NCBI RefSeq assembly: GCF_032191835.1
Contig: NC_083237.1
Location: 18,910,001 to 18,974,000, forward strand
Direction of reading: 5' to 3'
Origin: Heteronotia binoei
Taxonomy: Eukaryota
Length of the DNA: 64,000 nt
The translations under genes and the position numbers were made by a program. The notes beneath the pieces are model-generated. The model saw only the letters and a program-made list of their open reading frames with translations. It was not told the origin of the DNA and did not search any database. Below, piece by piece: positions 60,301 through 64,000 of this stretch. How positions within the stretch are numbered: the first letter of the stretch is position 1; every line of letters begins with the position of its first letter.

Positions 60301-62166
60301 TGTCCCATATGGTGAAAATGCTTTGCAGGTCGTTCGCATGAGTTGCAGTTTTCTGGCCAAACTACCCACGTATCTGAATACTAAGTAATGTGTGATGCGG
60401 GAACATTTGTGTCTAGGGAAGATGCATGTCGTACCTCGCTGGAAGCGCAGACAGTGCTAATTCTTAATCCACGGGCCATCCCCCACCAGCACTCAGACAC
60501 CACCCCCCCCCCCCGCATTTCCTAATGTCTCAAGATTAAGAACAAAGATCGAGTCCAAATGGCACCTTTGAGACGAACAAAATTTTATTCTAGGTATACC
60601 CTTGAACACATGAAACTGCCTTATACTGAATCAGATCCTTGGTCCATCCAAGTCAATGTTGTCTACTCAGACTGGCAGCTGCTCTCCAGGGTCTCATGCT
60701 GAGGTTTTCCACACCTATTTGCCTGGACCCTTTTATAGTTGGAGATGGCAGGGATTGAACCTGCGACCTTCTGCTAACCAAGCAAATGCTCTATCATTGA
60801 ACCATCGTCCCTCCCTTTCGTGTGCACACAAATGTGCTTATACTCGGAATGAAATTTTGTTGGTCTTAAAGGTGCCACTGACCTCAAACTTAGTTCTGCT
60901 GCTCTAGACCCAACACCGCTACCCATCCATATCTTTCTCAAGGTTAATTATTGTCAATACTGTGAACACAGGGTGGTTAGGTTGCCAGCCTCCAGGTGGG
61001 GCCTGGAGACCTCTTGCTTTTACAACAGATCTCCAGCTGACAGAGATCAGCTCCCCGGGAGAAAATGGCTGCTTTGGAAGGTGGACGTGGCGTTGTACCT
61101 TACTGAGGCCCCTCCCCTGTCCAAACCCCACTCTCTCTCAGATCCACCCCCAAAGTCACCAGGTGTTTTCCAGCACAGACCAGGCAACCCAATGGGGAGG
61201 GGATTTCAACATGTAAGAAACCGGACCGGGTGGTGGATTTCAAAATCAGATGACTTTAAGCCACACCGCAGTTATCCTTGCCCAAGTAGGCCTGGCACTT
61301 AAGTTTGTCGAGTGGTAAGGCCAAGTGGTTCACACTGCAAACCAGTCTGGGAGGTTCCATTGAGACACACTCATGAGTGTGGGATGGGGTTGTCAATCTC
61401 CAGGTGGGGCCTGGCGATCTCCTGTCATTACAGCTGATCTCCAGACTACAGAGATCAGTTCCCCTGGATAAAATGGCTGCCATGGAGGGTGGCCTTGTTC
61501 TCCACTGAGGTGAGGTCCTGCTTCCCCAAACCCTACCCTGCCCTCCCGGTCTCCACCTCCCAAAATTCCATGAATTTCCCAACCCAGAACTGGTAACCCT
61601 AATGGGCGAGGCCACAATATGTGGGTACCGTTTTGTCATTTGCTTATTTAAGTCGGGGTTTTGTATTTTGTAAATCACTTTGGGCCCCAAAGGGCAGCAA
61701 TTTTAAATAGGTCAGAAATAAAACAGAAATAGGTCAGAAATAAAACAGAACGTAACAGCTAAGCTTAACTTAACCAACTATAAACTCTACATTTTTCCTT
61801 CTCTTTGCTTCCAGGTTCCCCGTGAACTAGGAACTACAATAGCTGTTTTTAGTACAATTTGAGGCTGCAATAATAGTTCAGCAAAATCTTAATGCAACCT
61901 GCATTACCATGCTACCATGCAATCTGCATGCCTCACCCACGTCCAGCTGCTTGCTACTGTTCAACAGCAGACACCCCACAAAAAGTGTGATTTAGTGGTT
62001 AAGAGGGTAGGATTAGGGAGACCCTTGTTTGAATCACCATTCTGCCATGGAAGCACACTGAGGGACCTGACATTCTCGGGCTAATTACCTCACAACATTG
62101 TTTTGAGGATAAAACAGGGACAAGAAGAATGACATAAGCTGTTTTCCCATTCGAATCACCCACAAC

Positions 62167-62353
62167 CAGTGTTCCCTCTAAGCTGAGTTAGCGTGAGCTA
62201 GCTCACAGATTTTTAGCCTCCAGCTCACACATTTTTGTCTTAGCTCAGGAAGGAGGACCCTAGAACACACGAATTCATGCAGTAGCTCACAACATTAAGT
62301 AGCTCACAAAGTAGAATTTTTGCTCACAAGACTGCAGCTTAGAGGGAACATTG
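62167..62353. mobile_element. hAT MITE (CAGTGTTCCCTCTAAGC TIR)
   Basis: 8-bp TSD CCCACAAC. Confidence 0.85.
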
Positions 62354-62394
62354 CCCACAACTATATTGTTCATTATTATGACCACTAGTGTGTA

Positions 62395-62915
62395 TAGGCT
62401 TCCCAATCCCCAGGTCCCAGAGAGGGATCCCCCAGTTTTTCAGGCTTCCCCCCTCCCCCAGCCAGCTGGCCGGCGGGGGAAGCCCCACCCCCAGAGCCAT
62501 CATGCACCTCCATGAACGATTCTCATAAAGAATTATAGGGAATTGATCTGCGGGTATCAGGGGCTCTGCGGGGGGGGGCTGTTTTTTGAGATAGAGGCAC
62601 CAAATTTTCAGTATAGCATCTAGTGCCTCTCCCCAAAATACCTCCCAGGTTTCAAAAAGATTGGACCAGGGGGTCCAATTCTATGAGCCCCAAAAGAAGG
62701 GGCCCCTATCCTTCATTATTCCTATGGAAGGAAGGCATTTAAAAGGTGTTCAGTCACTTGAAATGTGATGGCCAGAACTCCCTTGGAGTTCAATTGTGCT
62801 TGTCACAACCTTGCTCCTGGCTCCACCCCCAATGTCTCCTGGCTCCACCCCCAAAGTCTCCTGGCTCCACCCCCAAAGTCCCCAGATATTTCTTGAATTG
62901 GACTTGGCAACCCTA
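62395..62915. mobile_element. hAT non-autonomous element (TAGGGTTGCCA family)
   Basis: 8-bp TSD AGTGTGTA. Confidence 0.85.
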
Positions 62916-64000
62916 AGTGTGTACTGGATGTCTGCAAGGAGCCTAATTAAAAAAAAAACACAATAACACAAAAAGTACAAAGCTAGCCCCGTGGCAGGTT
63001 TCCTGCGTAAGGAAGCAAGAGCAAGCAAGGTGGGGCAACTTGGATGAAATTATGTTGGAGTGATACTTTAGGGGGGGTTAGCATGAGACTTACGAAGGAC
63101 CAAGAAAATCTGGCTGAAAGGTCAAGGTAGAACAAACTCTGCAGTTGCTCAAGTTTCTTAACTTTTCAAGGAAAGAATTTGGTCAACAGAATAGTCAAAC
63201 ATGCAGCACAGTATATAAGGCGGCTGAAAAGGTGAGTAGGATCAGAGGAGAATACAGGAAGACGTGAGTTTACTGCAAGATTCTCCACTGTCCGGATAGA
63301 CGTTTGGGGAAGCCACAGGAAAATCCCTGGCTGGATAGAGAAACTCTCTGATTTAAGGAGTGGTAAGACCTTATATATGTACAAGGGGGGAGTCACAAGA
63401 GTGGGAGGGGAGTCTAATTTCTCCTTCTCCCACTATTTTCTCTTTCCTCCATAGGCTCTCCCCTTTTCCTGCTTCCTTCCCACCCAACAGCCAACCTATC
63501 TTCCTTTGCATCCCACCATATTTTCAGCTTTCCCTCCTTCCCTCTCCCTGGCAGCCTCTACCCAACAAAACTATAGTCCAATTGTGTTATGCTGCTCAGT
63601 GGAGAACCTGCAAAGACTTGCAGAGGGCACCCCATTTCCCCTTGCATCTCCTCCTCATAATTTTCTCTTTCCCTCCTGGTCATGCCCACATCTTCACCTC
63701 TTCCTTCTTCCTTCTCTCCTTCCCACCCACCAACAAACCCAGCTTTTATCTGCCCTCTCATCTACATTTATATTTATCATTTATTTACCTCATTTTTCAC
63801 CACAACCCGAAAGAGCTTATGTCATTCTTCTTGTCCCCGTTTTATCCTCAAAACAATGTTGTGAGGTAATTAGCCCGAGAATGTCAGGTCCCCCAGTGTG
63901 CTTCCATGGCAGAATGGTGATTCAAACAAGGGTCCCCCTTATCCTACTCTCTAAAACTCTTAACCACTAGATCACACTGGCTTTTGTGGGGTGGCTGCTA

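Noticed and set aside
63360-63970. 169-aa and 154-aa ORFs; TATATAAG and a donor-like site at about 63213-63236
   Set aside because: Pyrimidine-rich low-complexity sequence running into a SINE; I could not define element ends or a gene model.
60300-64000. Expected RPPH1 (RNase P RNA) and PARP2 from synteny
   Set aside because: No match to the conserved RNase P RNA segments or to PARP2 exons found; probably beyond the window.

Overview
Vertebrate genomic DNA, almost certainly a squamate and probably a gecko (Sauria, 5S-Sauria and Squam-type SINEs, Bov-B, CR1, Penelope remnants, many hAT MITEs). It is a draft assembly with two N gaps. The window matches the human 14q11.2 block in order and orientation: OR11-like olfactory receptors on + (one frameshifted, one fragment, one intact), 10-exon TTC5 on - (with a +1 frameshift in exon 7), the three coding exons of CCNB1IP1/HEI10 on -, and an upstream 5'TOP/E-box promoter at about 60.2 kb driving non-coding exons that host SNORD126 and SNORA79. 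The standout is an uninterrupted 346-codon ORF at 48378-49418 (+), lying antisense between the snoRNA-host exons and the CCNB1IP1 coding exons. It has four tandem ~44-aa repeats (probable four-bladed beta-propeller) fused to a C-terminal region with the hallmarks of an aerolysin/lysenin-type beta-pore-forming domain, and no signal peptide. Family assignments come from my recollection of known sequences, not from database searches; repeat boundaries are approximate unless a TSD is quoted.
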